Part shown: piece by piece, positions 1-12,900 of the stretch | How the letters are laid out: each line of letters begins with the position of its first letter | Position numbering within the stretch: position 1 is the first letter of the stretch | Assembly (NCBI GenBank): GCA_025594325.1 | Contig: JANHCV010000004.1 | Coordinates: 1,178,001-1,242,000 of the forward strand | From: Blastocladiella emersonii ATCC 22665 | Taxonomy: Eukaryota; Fungi; Blastocladiomycota | Length of the DNA stretch: 64,000 nt | Reading direction: 5' to 3' | Notes under the pieces: model-generated | Told to the model about the DNA's origin: nothing | Databases searched by the model: none | The model's input: the letters and a program-made list of their open reading frames with translations, nothing else | Made by a program: the position numbers and the translations under genes

Positions 1-3000
1 CCAAACTCGGACATGAGCGCCGCTCGCACAAACTCGCCGTTGTTGGGCGCAACGAGCTCGCCGGCGCGGTCGAGAAACGCGACCGTTGCAGCCTCGTCAA
101 GCGGGGCTCTAGCCGCAGCGGCCGAGCGTTCGAGCAGCAGCTCGAGACACTTCTTCGCGCCGAGGGGGTGGCGCGCGCACAGGTCGCCGAGGACGGACGA
201 GAAACGCGCAGCGAGCCGCGAGTCGATGCCGCTCTGCCGCATCACCGCGAGCGCGTCGCGCGCGAACGCGTCCTGGCTCGGCTTGTCGATCTGCACGGCG
301 CGGAACTTGGTGAGCAGGCGCGAGTTCATGGCCGCCGTAGCCGTGGCCGTGCACAGCACGCGCAGCCCGCGGACGTGGATCCACTCGAGCGTCTTTGGGT
401 GATGGAACCCGCCGTGCTGGATGAGCTGGTGCAGGAGCTGGTGGAGCTGCACCGAGCGGTACTGGTCGACGCACGGGAGGTCCACGTCGCACACGTATAG
501 CGCGAGACCGCCGTCCGGCGACACGTGCGGGGTCAGGTAGCACCCGTCAAGGCCCGTGGTCACGCTGCAGTGCTGGAGCAGCGCAGCCACGACGTGGTCG
601 GCGACCGTCTCGCGCGTGCACTGGATCCACAGGCCCTTGCCCGCGCCGAGGTCGACGAGCTTGCGCTTGCGGCCGCTCGCGAGCGAGCCGACGACGAGGT
701 TGTGCCGCGACTCGCTCGCCACAGGGAACGTGCTGGTCAGGAACACGATGGCGAGGCGACTGACCGTGGCCGGGGACGCGAACTGGAGCGAGTCGGCGAC
801 AAACACAAAGTTGACGTTGGCCTCGAACTTGATGCGCTCGCCGTTGGGCATGGTGAGCAGGCGGTTGTCGTCGAGAACCGAGTTGAGCGCCTCGATCCAC
901 TCGGGGTCAATGTCGCCGTCGAGCACGATCAGGTGGTGCGCCTCGGGCGCCGCCACGGTCTCGCGCGAGTACATGGTCAGGACGCCGTCGTGCCACTCGC
1001 GCGTGTCCGGGTCCATGAACCCGAGCAGGCGGTTGCGCCGCATCGCCTTGGGCGACGCGAGGTGCAGCTTGACCTGCTTGCCCTGCCGCGTCCACGCGTC
1101 GACGACGAGACGCACCAGCGCCATCTTGCCCGAGCGCGGCGGACCCGCGAGGCACACACCCATGCGCTGCTCGCACGCGCTTGAGAACTGGATCGCCGCC
1201 GCCATCTGCCAGTCGACGACGGGCAGGTTCGCCTGCTTGTACGACTCGACGAGCGCCGTGAGGAACGACTCGGGCCCCGAAGGCGCGCCGTCCTGGCCAA
1301 AGTACGCCGTGACGAGGCCGAGGAAGGTCTCGACGTCGGAGCTCGTCAGCTTGCTCTCGGTCGCGAGTCGCATCGCCTGGGCCATCACCGCGTGCTCTGG
1401 CGGCGCGCCGCCGTCCCGTTGCGCGAGCCGCCGGCGCAGGTCGCCCGCCGTCATGAGCACGGCCTTGAGCGCGCGGAGGCCCCAGTCGTAGTGGCGCTGC
1501 TGCGAGAGCACCTTTTTGCACGCGTCGAAGAAGTCGACGGTGACCTGGCCCAGGATCTCGGTCGACTCGCGAAAGCCGAGCGCCTTGAGCTCGATCTGGC
1601 AAATGTACACGACGTCGGGGTGCGTCATGGCGATGTTGCGGAACAGCTGCTTGAGGTTGGTCGGCAGCTGCTGGCGGCCCTTGTACTGCTTGCCGGCGGG
1701 GTTGAGCGTCACGAACAGGCACGAGCACGGGTTGACGGCCACGTCGTTGCCGGCGATGGCCACGCGCGGGAGCTTGCGCAGCAGCGCGTTCTGGATCGTC
1801 GAGACCAGATTACTGACGGCGGCGAGCACGCTGGCCGTGAGCCGGTTGAACTCGTCGAAGCAGCCCCACGCGCCGCACTTGATGATACCGCAGAACAGCC
1901 GCGTGATCGAGTTGACGTCGAGCGCCTCGTCGCAGTTGAACACGAGCACTTGTCGCCCGAACATGTACCCGAGGTGCTTGACGCTCTCCGTCTTGCCCGT
2001 CCCGGCCGGCCCGTACAGGCACCCGCCGAGGCCCTCGGACATGGCCTGCGTGAGCGTTGCGAAGCACGTGTCGGTGAGCGGCGTGACGACAAGCTTGGAC
2101 GGGTTGCCCTGGTACTCGAAAGAGTAGGCGAACTCGGCGTCGAAGGTCCGGATCACGCACTTGCCGCCCTGGTAGTAGAACCGGAGCAGCTGCGCCCACC
2201 GGAAATCGTCGAGCCGCACCACGCGTTGCGTGATCAGCTCCTCGATCACGCGCGCGTAGTAGATGGACTCGTACGACGTGCTGTCGAGGGTCTCGCGCAG
2301 CGCCGTCAGCGCCGTCGCGACGGCGGCCGCGTCGGTCCCGTTGCCCGCCTGGATCGCGGCCTCGAGCTTGGCCGTCATGCCGATGCGGAACGCGAGGTCC
2401 GTGATCTGCTCCGGGTACGCGCGGTCGGGGCACGGGCCCGCGAGGTACTCGTCAAGCAGGCGCGCGAGCGTCGACTGGATCTCGTTGCACAGGCACGACA
2501 GCCACTCGTCGACCTTGTTGGTGATGGCCACGGGTGCGTCGAGCATCACCTCCTCGCCCTTGGCGCTGGCGATCCCAACCACGGACTCGCCCTCCATGAT
2601 GACGCGGTGGAGCCCCGAGAACAGCTTCTTGAGGTGCATCTGGACGACGCGCGGGTTGGTCGCGGACTGCGACAGGATCTCGAGCAGGTCCTCGTCGCCG
2701 ATAAAGTAGAAGCGCGGGAACGAGTTGCGTTTCTCCTCGAGAAAGTCGAGCAGGCACTTTTGGCACGTCTCGAGGTACCCGACCGCGGTGCCGAGCTGCG
2801 CGGCCTGCGGCAGCGACAGGAGCGGGAACGCGCGCGCGTCCGTCTGCGCGTGGCGCATGATCTCGCGGAACATGGTGTCGACCGTGGCAAACTTCTGCTG
2901 CTGCGCGGGCGGGAGCGCCGAGATGATGGCGACGAGGTACGCCCACTTCTTCTGCACGATCTGCAGGTGGCGGAGGAACTGGTCGAGGTCCTGGAGCCGC

Positions 3001-6000
3001 TTGTCCCAGTACGTGAGCACGTCAGCGAACGACGCGGCGTTGGCCGCGGCCTGCAGCGACGAGACGGCGGACCGCTGGTCGCTCAGCTCGCTGAGGATCG
3101 TCTTGAACTCCTGGATCAGCACGATCCCCTGCGGGCCCTTGCCCGTGACGGCGAGGCTGCACGACACGGACCACATCTCGACCTCCTGGACCGCGTCGCG
3201 GATCACCGACTCGTTGCGCGCGCGCATGCCCAGATCCTCGAGCGCCTTGCGCTTGGCCTGGATCGTGTCGACGCGCGCCGCGAGGTGCTCGAGCAGCACC
3301 TTGTGTGTGGCCGGCATCCCGAGGACCGCGCAGAACTCGCTCCAGTGCTGCGCCGTGAAACGCTTCGTGTCGCCGAACACGGGGCCCCACTCGCGCGCGA
3401 GGTACGACAGCGCGTCGAGTAGCTTGTGCATGTCAAGCGTGGCCTTGGACAGCTTGACGCCGTCGAGCCGGGACTTCCACGCGGCCGCGAGCGACTGGAT
3501 CTCGTCAAGCTGCACCTGCAGGATCCCGACCTCGAGCAGCTTCCCCGTCGCGTCGGCGAACTCGGTGGCGAGCTTCTTGGCCTCGAGCGACTCCTCGATG
3601 AGCGCCTTGCACTCGGCGAGCTGGTCGAACGTGGGCGCGTCGACGCCGAAGAAGCGGCAGTCATCCTGCAGCGCGTGCGCCTGGACGTCGAGGTCGAGGA
3701 GCATCTGGAGGTGCTCAGCCGGGTCGACCGCGGTACTCGATCCCGCCGCGGCTGCGACGGCCGCCTCGACCTCGCCGTGGAGCCGGCGCAGCTGGGCCGC
3801 GATCTTCTCGGCGCGGGCGTCGAGCTGGCCCATCATCTGGTCGAACTGGTCCTGGATCATGAGCTCGTGACCCTTGACCATGAGGTCAAACTGGTTGTAC
3901 TGGGCGAACAGGTCCGAGAGGTCGGGCGCGCTGCCGGCGACGGCGCGCAGGAGCTTCTGCTTGACCTGGATCTGGGCGAAATGGTGCTGCGTGTCGTTGG
4001 TCTTGAGCTGGTCGTGTACGCCCTTGGCCTGGGCGATCTCGGCGACGGACGAGGGCACTTTGGCGAGCAGCGACAGGCCCGAGTTGAGGTACCCCTGGAC
4101 GCTCTTGGCGTGCGCGTTGATGCTCGAGTGCAGCGCGGCCACGAGCACGTCGAACAGGCGCTGGAGGTAGTCGTCGATGACGGCCTTGAGCGGGAGCACC
4201 GAGCACGTCAGGTTCTCAACCTTGAACGAGTTGGGCAGCAGCTCGGCATCCTTGCCCTTCTGCTTGAGCGTCTTGAAGTGGGCCTCCCAGTCCTGCACCG
4301 TGATGCAGTTGGCCGAGACCACCTCGACGAGCTTGTCCTGGGTCAGGCACCCGATGGCGGCCCAATCGGCGTACGCGGCCAGCTTCTTGTCGAGGTCGTC
4401 GAACACCTGGTCGGCCTTGCGGTACACGTCGAGAAGGTCCTCGGCGTAGTCGTCGACAATGTCGCTGTACGACTCCTGCTCGATGAGCCCGCGCAGGTTG
4501 AGAGGCATGCTGATGAGCCGGCGCACCTCGCGGAAGTACTTTGCCTTGAGCTCCTCGAGCGGCGGGCGGAGCACGATCTTGCCGTTCTTCATGGTCACGT
4601 CGACCTTGACCTCGGGCAGCGAGAACTCCTTGAGCGACTGGGCGTAGTTGGTGCGCATCACCTTATACAGCTGCATCTGCAGGTGCGTGCGCCACGGCAG
4701 CAGCTGCGCCGACGTGTACCCGAGCTCGGCGAGCGTCGTCGACAGCTCCTGCACGCCGAGCTTCCACTGGTTGACGGTCGGGTACCGCAGCATCTTGAGC
4801 AGCACGCCGAGACAGTTCTGGTGCACGAGGTGGAACCGGTTGTTCTGCGCCTGCAGCGCCGCTGCCACGCTCGACAGCTGCGCGATGAAGGTGCGCACCT
4901 GGTCGCGGTCGCGCCAGTTGATCTGCTGTTGCGCAAGCGCCTCGAACCGGACCGCGAGGTCGAGCAGCAGCGGCCGCTGGAACTCGTAGATCTGCGCGTC
5001 GATCGTGTTGTAGAAGTGCGCGATCTGGCTCAGGCTGACGGCGGCCTTGTAGTTCTTCTCGGCTTCCTCGGCGATGCGGATCAGGTTCGGCTTGACGGCG
5101 CACCCGAGCGACAGCAGCACGCGGATCTGGCGCAGGAACTGGCCGAGGTCCTCCGAGTACAGGACGTGCATGCGGCCGTCGGCCATGTCGAGGACGAGCA
5201 GCTGGTTGTTCTTGCCGCCGCCGGACGCGTTCACCTCGCTCGCGAGCCGGCCCTCGGCCTCGGAGCACCAGTCGGCGACGACGTTGGCCTCGAGGCTCTC
5301 GAGCGTGGATCGCAACCGCGCGACGAGCGTGTGGTACGACGAGGGGACGATGGTCGGACCGAGGCGCGACGTGATGCCGTCGAGCTCACGGATGCGCGCG
5401 AGCGACTGGCGGACCCACAGGACGCGGTCAACGGGGCTCTCGGGCGGAACACGCGCCTCGCCGTCGATTTGCTGCAGCTCGGTCTGGAAGCGGTTGATGC
5501 TGACCTTGAGGATGGGCGCTACGGATGGGGGTGCTCGCGGCGGTCAGCATGCGTTCCAACTGGACGGGGGAGCAATAACCCGTACCGAGCGCGTCCTGGA
5601 TTCGAGGCCGCTTAAGCGCCGACATGTACTTGGCGCCGTGCTGGATGAGCGCGGCGTCGTTATCGCGCAGCTGGGCCGAGAGGAAGCGGCAGAGGTGGTC
5701 GTCGAGGGGCTGGAGCTGGTACTCGAACTGCTCCCACGCTATCGTCCACGCGTTGTTGGACCCGAGCAGCAGGTTGCGGCTGAGCGGGGCGAGGAAGGTG
5801 GCGGGATCGAGGCTGACCGAGGCCTGCGATCGCAGCAGCTGCATGCAGTGGCACGCGTCGAGCAGCTGCTCGAGCCGCTGCGCCACGGTCTGCACGACGG
5901 CGAGGGCGTTCGGGTCGAGCGCGAGCGGCGGGTTCGGGCAGCCCGGGTACCCGTTGAGCGTCGACAGCTCAAGGCAACGCTCGAGGATCTTGATGTCCTG

Positions 6001-6561
6001 GTCGAGCGCCTCGATGAGCGAGGGGAGCCCGTCGGTCGACGAGATGAGCGGGTCGGGGATGCTGCCGTGCACGTAGGCGGCCACCGAGTGCAGCAGTGCG
6101 CGGGCGATGGTGGCGGCGCGCGGGATCGGGAAGCCGTCGGACACGAGCTCGCCGAGCATCTCGTGCGCAGCGTCGACGGTCTGGATGATCTTGAAGGGTG
6201 AGAGAAGGCTAGACGGGAAAACATGTGAGATGGGGTCGCCGTGAGGACGCGACGCGCGAAACGTACTGAAACGTGAGAAACTCTTGACGGAGGCTCGAGA
6301 GCTGAGCGACCGCGGCGTGTGCAATGTCGCGCTCGGCCTGGGACTGGCCCTTGGCGCCGAGCTCGGACCAAAACTGACACTCGTCCTCGTACACGGCCGC
6401 GCCGTTGACGAGACTCAGTGCCTTGGGATCATCTACTCGTTGGGTTTGGCCGAGTGAGCTCGTGCAACAGGTCGGTTTGCTCTGAGGACGCGGCACTCAC
6501 CGTGAGAGTGCGAGGATGAGATGGAGTTGGCGGATGATGGTGCATTGACGAGTCCCGGCAT
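1..6561 (-). CDS. DYNC2H1: Cytoplasmic dynein 2 (IFT dynein) heavy chain, 5' part; the gene runs off the left edge. Three short 5' introns (~6500-6437, ~6266-6197, ~5583-5519), then one long exon to position 1
   Basis: Minus-strand translation gives AAA1 GGCLYGPAGTGKTESVKHLG, GAWGCFDEFNRL and FVTLNPAGKQYKGRQQLPTNLKQLFRNIAMTHPD (dynein-2-type NPAGKxYxGRQ). It also gives HYDWGLRALK, AAA2 REWHDGVLT and DGDIDPEWIEALNSVLDDNRLLTMPNGERI, and tail motif DECQFW. Start ATG inferred at 6561 from GTGAGT...TAG splicing. Confidence 0.93.
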
Positions 6562-6851
6562 GGTTGCATGGGCGTGGCGTGAGTGGTTTCCCTCGTAGCG
6601 AGGAGGGCGCTGGGGAGCGGGCAAGAGGAGACGAGGCGCGGCGCGCGAGACGCGTCGCGACGCGCCGAGGGGCACGTGAAGCGGGACCGGCCTGCCACTC
6701 CTGTCGCGGCGGTCAGCCACACATATTGAAGGAACGCGTGAAGCGACCAGGCGAGGATCGCCACCCGAGGCCGCGCCGCCTCTGCCTCTCGAACGACGTG
6801 AAGGGAACCGTCTCGACGGGACAGACCACTCATAGCAACGCAATCGACACC

Positions 6852-8056
6852 ATGGAGAACCCCGCTGTCACGCAGGAGGACCGCCTCAAGATCGCCGCCG
6901 GCTTCATCGCCCAGGCGCCGCCCGGCGAGCTCAACGACGTGCTGAACGGTAACGCGGCGCGGGACGCGATCGATCCGTGTCCGCAGTGGCGCTGACACTG
7001 TCGCTGGGTCGCGTAGACGTGACCGTGCTGTTCAACGACGACGAGGCGCTGCAGGCCAGCATCACCAAGGCCCTCGCGACCTACAACAAGGAGCAGCTTG
7101 CTACCCTGCCCGTCCCTTGGGGCGAGCACAAGGTGCGGTCCTCGTGTATCAGCGCGTGTGCGCGACCGCGCTGACTGGCGGCTGCCGTGTAGACGGTGCT
7201 GTGCGAGGCCGCGCTGCTGGAGAACGGCCGCTTCGTCGACCCGCGCGGCAAGAAGACGTTTGCCATTGACCACGTCACGCTCGCAGTGTCCGAGCCCGAG
7301 GACCTCGAGTCCACGGAGCACGACGCGGCACGGTACGCGCCTGCAGCTGGCCGATCTTCGCACCTGGTGCTGATGAGCCACTCCTCTCGATAGCGAGGCC
7401 CTGGAGGCCCAGCTCGACGCGTACATCAAGAGCCACTACCCGAACGGCGTCGGCGCCGTCTTCTACCGCGAGGGCCGGTTCGAGATCGTGATCGTCGACT
7501 CCAAGTACAAGCCTGAAAACTACTGGTGCGTCTCGGTTGCTTCCGATCGAACTTGTACTGGCGACCCTCGTTGTTAACTATCCCGACCTTACCAGGAACG
7601 GCCGCTGGCGGTCGCAGTGGACGTGGTTCGACGGCAAGCTGACGGGCACCTCGCGCGCCCTCGTGCACTACTTTGAGGACGGCAACGTCCAGCTCGTGCT
7701 GAACAAGGACTTTGACCTCGAGATGCCCGAGACGGTACGCGTCTGAGCGCTGGTCCGACGAGTTCACCCTTCGTTGACCCGCTACTCTCATGCGTAGAGC
7801 ACCCCCGAGGCCGTGTTCCAGGCCATCCGCAAGGCCGAGAACGCGCAGCACCGCGCCACCAACGAGACGTTCCCCACGCTGAGCGAGAACGCGTTCAAGA
7901 ACCTCCGCCGCGCGTTGCCGCTGACCAAGACCAAGGTCGACTGGAACAAGGTACGGGGTTTCTTCCACCGCATACCGACATGAACCTGTGCCTGACCCAG
8001 CTGCGAACGTGTAGATCGCCAACTACAAGGTTGGCGCCGAGCTTGCTGGAAAGTAA
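6852..8056 (+). CDS. CAPZA: F-actin capping protein alpha subunit, multi-exon (~7 introns)
   Basis: MENPAVTQEDRLKIAAGFIAQAPPGELNDV; NYW/NGRWRSQW; VHYFEDGNVQL; FKNLRRALPLTKTKVDWNK; ends IANYKVGAELAGK* (TAA 8054-8056). Introns are canonical. Confidence 0.96.
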
Positions 8057-8319
8057 GCGCAGTCCACTCCCTCCGCCATCGCCTCCGGGCCTATTTTTGA
8101 TTCGTTGATCCAGTAATTTGATTGAGATTGCCTCGCACGTCCCTTGGGCCGCTTCGGACGTCGCTGCTGACTCCCTGGCCAGCGGTTGCGACGCGACGGT
8201 TATCATGTGATGGAGTGTCTCGCGGCCGATCGACGTCATCGCACGCGGACCCCCTCTCCGTGCTCCCAACCTCCCCCTTCACTCCATGGAAAGCACATGA
8301 AGCACTTGGTGCAACTTCA

Positions 8320-9726
8320 ATGAGCAAGCGGCCACTCGACAGCGCTGAGAATGGCATAATCGAGCTCGTCCAGCGCGTCCAGCGACACGCCTCGCGGCTC
8401 GAGACCCTGCGCGACGAGGAGCAGGTACCCCCGCGGGTTTCTTGAGATCGCGGCCGCGCAACGACTCACCGGCTACAGCGACTAGGTCCTCGATCGCGCC
8501 ATCCGTGACCTGAGCACCCTCTCGCGGCTCGCGCACGCGATCCGGTCGCCGTCGAGCAACGCAGCCGAGTGGGATCTCTCGGTCACGCCTGTGCTGTTGC
8601 CGAGCCCGAGCTGCGGCCGGCAGGCAAAAAGCCCGTTCCTTCAGGTCGTCCTGAAGCCGGCCGCCTCGTCGACTGTTGCAGCGCGTGCTCGCTCGCCGTT
8701 GAGTGTCACGATCGCCGGCGTGCTTGTCGAACGTGAGCAGCTGGCCGTGGTGCTTCGCTTCGAGAGCCTTGGCTGGGACTCGGCGTGGACTTTGACGCAC
8801 CACCTGTTTTTGGGCGAGCGACACGATCCGCAGGACTCGTGGTACGGAGTTTTTTTTCGCTTCCCTTCATCGCGGTGCGAAACTGATGTGCCGAATCTAG
8901 GTGTTGGGATGTTCCCGTGCCGCCAGAATGGCTTCAACAACTGCCGCTTCTCGTCACGCCGTCGCTCTCGTTCCTGCTCCACGAGGAGGGCACTGCTGTC
9001 GATCTCGCCGTGCCATGGGCCGCGACTTGCGTTGATCTCCTGCACTTTGCTGTCGCGGAAGCGTACGATCTCGCGCTGCCGTCGGAAACGTGGATTTCCG
9101 AGGCGCACCTCGAAGCGCAGCTGGACCACCTCCGCGGTCCTCGTGCGAAACTGCCGCCACGACCGCCACCAAGCTCGTCGTTGTACCGCGGCTCGCTCTC
9201 GATCATGGCCGACCCTTCGTCGTGGGGCCGCGTGCTTTCTACGCTTCTCGCAGATGGGGTTGCCGGCAGCACGCTGGTCTCGGGACCGACCGTCACGTTC
9301 TACGTCCCGCTGTGGGATCGGACCTGGCCGGCAGCTCCGTGCCGCGTGACGCTCACGGCCGAGACGCCCGGCACCAAGTCCGCGTCCGAGGGCGAGGGTA
9401 GAAGGCGAACCTGTCGGTTGTCGATCACTGCCTCAACCCAGGTCGGCTTGCTCGCCGTCAAGGCCGCGGTCGTGGCCCGTCTCGCCGATCTCGCCGTGGG
9501 CGACGACGACGAGGTCAAGGCATCCGACGAGGCGCCAAGACGCGACGGGCTCGCTGCGCTCGCGACGCGGCTCGAGCTCACGACGCTCGCCCGCGAGGTG
9601 GACTGCACCGACCCGCTCACGGAGCGGTCGCTCGCCAACGTGCTCCGCTCGGCCGCCGACTCGGTGCAGGCAACCGAGGCGAGGGTCGGCCCGCTGCCGT
9701 GCCCACGGCTGGACCCGCCGGGATAG
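8320..9726 (+). CDS. Hypothetical 3-exon protein (~430 aa): N-terminal coiled coil plus beta-rich domain; possible FAAP100-like C-terminal half
   Basis: ATG 8320 MSKRPLDSAENG; introns at ~8426-8484 (GTACCC..TAG) and ~8843-8900 (GTACGG..CTAG) join the ORFs 8122.., 8591.. and 8917..9726 in frame. The family call is a pattern-level resemblance only. Confidence 0.6.
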
Positions 9727-9999
9727 CAGTACTATATAGACACTTTATTTCACGCTCATTTTCACGCCAAGGCAGGGACGCGGAGTGGCGCAACGCGTGG
9801 GGACAGGCATGAGACACGCGTGGCGTGATCACCGCCGATCCCCCGCCAGCGATGCGCGTTGCGCGCAGCACCGCCCGCCCGACCGGCGGCTATCGCGCGC
9901 CGATACCCGCTCGCGGCCATCTCTCCCGCCATCGCCGCCCCGCCGGTCCTGACGCATCCCCACCCGCCGAAACACGTCCGCATTCACACATCACACACC

Positions 10000-12900
10000 A
10001 TGATCGGGTCGGCCGAGCTCGCGCGGCGCGCCCTCGCCAAGCTCGACGTCAGCGACGCCGACGGCGCTCCTTCGCACGATGAGGGTGCCACCGCTTCGAC
10101 GCCGCGCTCGACTCGCACCACGGAGCACACGCAGAGCAGCAGCGACGACACCAAGAGCATCTCGGCGTGCGACTGCCCGTCCATCACCAACCCCAAGCTG
10201 TCGGTCATCTCGCCGCTTGTCCAGGGCACCACGGTCCCCTTCACCTCCGACGTGACGTGCCGCGCCGAGGAGGAGGACCTCAAGCGCCGCCTCGCCAACC
10301 TGCACCAGCGCCTCCCCATGGCCGCCTGCACGCCCGTCGAGGAGCGGTGCTACGTGCGCAAGCACGGGTACCTCCCGATCGGTACGCTATCGAGCTGCAC
10401 GCGTTCGTGGCGACCGGAGACTCACTCGCTCGCTCGCGCGTGTGCTGCATCTAGAGAACTATGGGCTCATCGGCAACATGCGCACCGCGGCGCTCGTCTC
10501 GACGGACGGTACGGTTCCTGCTGCCGAGTCGCGATGATCACTGGCTGACTGACTTGCGACCCTGCTCGTTCTAGCCTCGGTCGACTTTATGTGCTTCCCC
10601 AAGGTACGGTCCCGCGCGCTGCACGACGCGCGACGCCGCATCACTCATCATCACGCGTGCCCGTAGTTTGACAGCCCGTCGCTGTTCGGCCGGCTGCTCG
10701 ACGACCAAAAGGGCGGCTTCTTCCAGATCGTGCCGCGGCACTCGGCCTCGCACAAACAGCAGTACCTGCCCAACTCGAACGTGCTCGTGACGCGCTTCCT
10801 CGCCGACAAGGGCGCGTCGCAGGTCACCGACTTCTTCCACCTGCCCGACTCGACGCGCGAAAGCGAGCCGTCGGCGTCTGCGTCAGCGACTGCGGCCAAC
10901 GGCGGCGTCCCGTCGGCCCGCGGCCCGTCGTCGATCCCCGGCGCGAGCTGGTTCTCGGCACCCTTCTCCAACGCGTCGGCCAAGCCGCTGTACCCGTGGC
11001 TCATCCGCATCCTCGAGGCCGTGCGCGGCACCGTCGAGTTCGAGGTGACGTGCTGCCCCGCGTTCCGCTACGGGCTCGCCGAGCACTCGACCTTCATCCT
11101 GCCCTCCTCTCCTGGCGACGACAACGACGAGCTGCCCGCCAATCCCCGCAAGCGCGCGGCGTCCCGCAACGCGCCGTCGCCCTCGACGGTCGTCTTCAAC
11201 TCGCCCGACCTCGTCATGGACCTGCGCTGCGTCCAGTTCGAGCCGTGCGCCGACTCGGTTCCCGGCACCGGTCACCCGGCATCGCAGCAGCAGGAGCCCG
11301 TCCAGTGGGAGCTCGTCGAGAAGCCCGGGTGCCGCGGGCCGGGCGTGCGCGCGCGTTTCTCGCTCAAGGAGGGCCAGCAGGTCTGGTTCGTGTTCCGCGA
11401 GCGCCCGCGCTGGCTCGAGCACGGTCTGCCGCTCGGCGAGGTCCAGAAGGACGAGGAGTCCATGGACGGCGGTAGCGAGGGCGAGGGCGAGGACGGCGAC
11501 CTCGACTCCAACGACAGCCTCATGTTCGAGTTTGACGCCGACGGGGCCGAGTCGCCGCCCCCGCAGCAGCAGCACGCCCAGAAGAACCACGCCAAGTCGC
11601 GCGTGTCGGCTGACGACAACGGGTTCCTCTCGCCCAGCCCGGCCCCGCTGCGCACCGACGCCACCGTCGCCGACGACGGCCCGCGCTGGTGCGCGCCCGA
11701 GACCATGTACCAGAACGGCCGCCGCTCGTTCGACTCGGTCCGCAGCGTCGACGACCTCGGCGGCGGGCTCGCGTCGCCCACCTCCGACAAGAGCAACGGG
11801 TCGGACGCGTCGGACCTGTTCCTCGACGACACCAGATCCGCGGCCGGCAAGGCCCGCTCGCGCCACGCCAGCTTCGACCGGGCGGTCAACGGCAACGGGA
11901 ACGTGAACGGCGACGGCGACGCGGACGGCCGGTTCAGCCCGAGCCCGGACCGGTACAAGGACGTGCCGCCGACTCGCGCTGCGGCAGCTCACCCGCCGTC
12001 GCCGCCGACCGGCTACTACGGGCTCGCGCTCGACGCCAACAACCTGCCGCCGGCGCTGTCGATTGCGCCCATTGACGGCAAGCTCGCCGACACGTGCGAG
12101 GTGCCACAGGCGCCGCAGCGGCCGCGCGCCGTCAACCCGCGCGTCAGCGAGTCGGTGCCCTACTATGACCGCGAGCGCGAGCGCGCCGACCCGCCGCTCG
12201 CGATCCCGCTCCTCCAGTCGCTGCTCCGCCAGACGCTGCGGTTCTGGCAGCGGTGGATTAGTCACTGCACCTACGTACGTTTTTCCCAACTCGGAGTTTC
12301 ATGGTCATTCTCACTCACTGCTGCGTCCGACACCCGTGTAGAAAGGGCGGTGGCGCGAGTCGGTCCACCGCAGCGCGTTTGCGCTCAAGCTCCTGACCTA
12401 CGAGCCGACTGGTACGCTTTCCTCTTCTGATGCATGCGTGACCTCGGTCCAGTGAGCGCTGACATGACGTTGGATCGGGTCCAGGCGCCGTCATTGCCGC
12501 GGCCACATTCTCGCTGCCCGAGGAGGTGTGCGGGAACCGCAACTGGGACTACCGCTACTGCTGGATCCGCGACTCGGCGTTCGTCACGTACGCCTTCATC
12601 CGGCTCGGCCTGCTCAGCGAGGCGCGCAACTACATCCGCTTCATCGAGCTCGTGTGCAAGAACCGGGTACGCTCGCGATCGCTGATCCTTCAGAACCTGG
12701 CAACGCTCAGCTCACACCTCGACGACGTGTGTAGAACCCGGATGGCGGGCTGCAGGTCATGTACACGATCGAGGGCCACCGCGACATTCCCGAGCTCGAG
12801 CTGACGCACCTCGAAGGGTACCGAGGTACGCGACCCGACGCGTTGCGCCACTCACGTGTGCGTGCGAGGATTCTGAAACGAAACTGATCATGATCATGAT

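Noticed and set aside
168-5615. Long plus-strand ORFs (676 aa at 1392-3422, 729 aa at 3426-5615, and others)
   Set aside because: They are all in one frame, in register with the antisense dynein codons. These are shadow ORFs caused by high GC3, and the same applies to most overlapping Arg/Ala-rich ORFs in the track.
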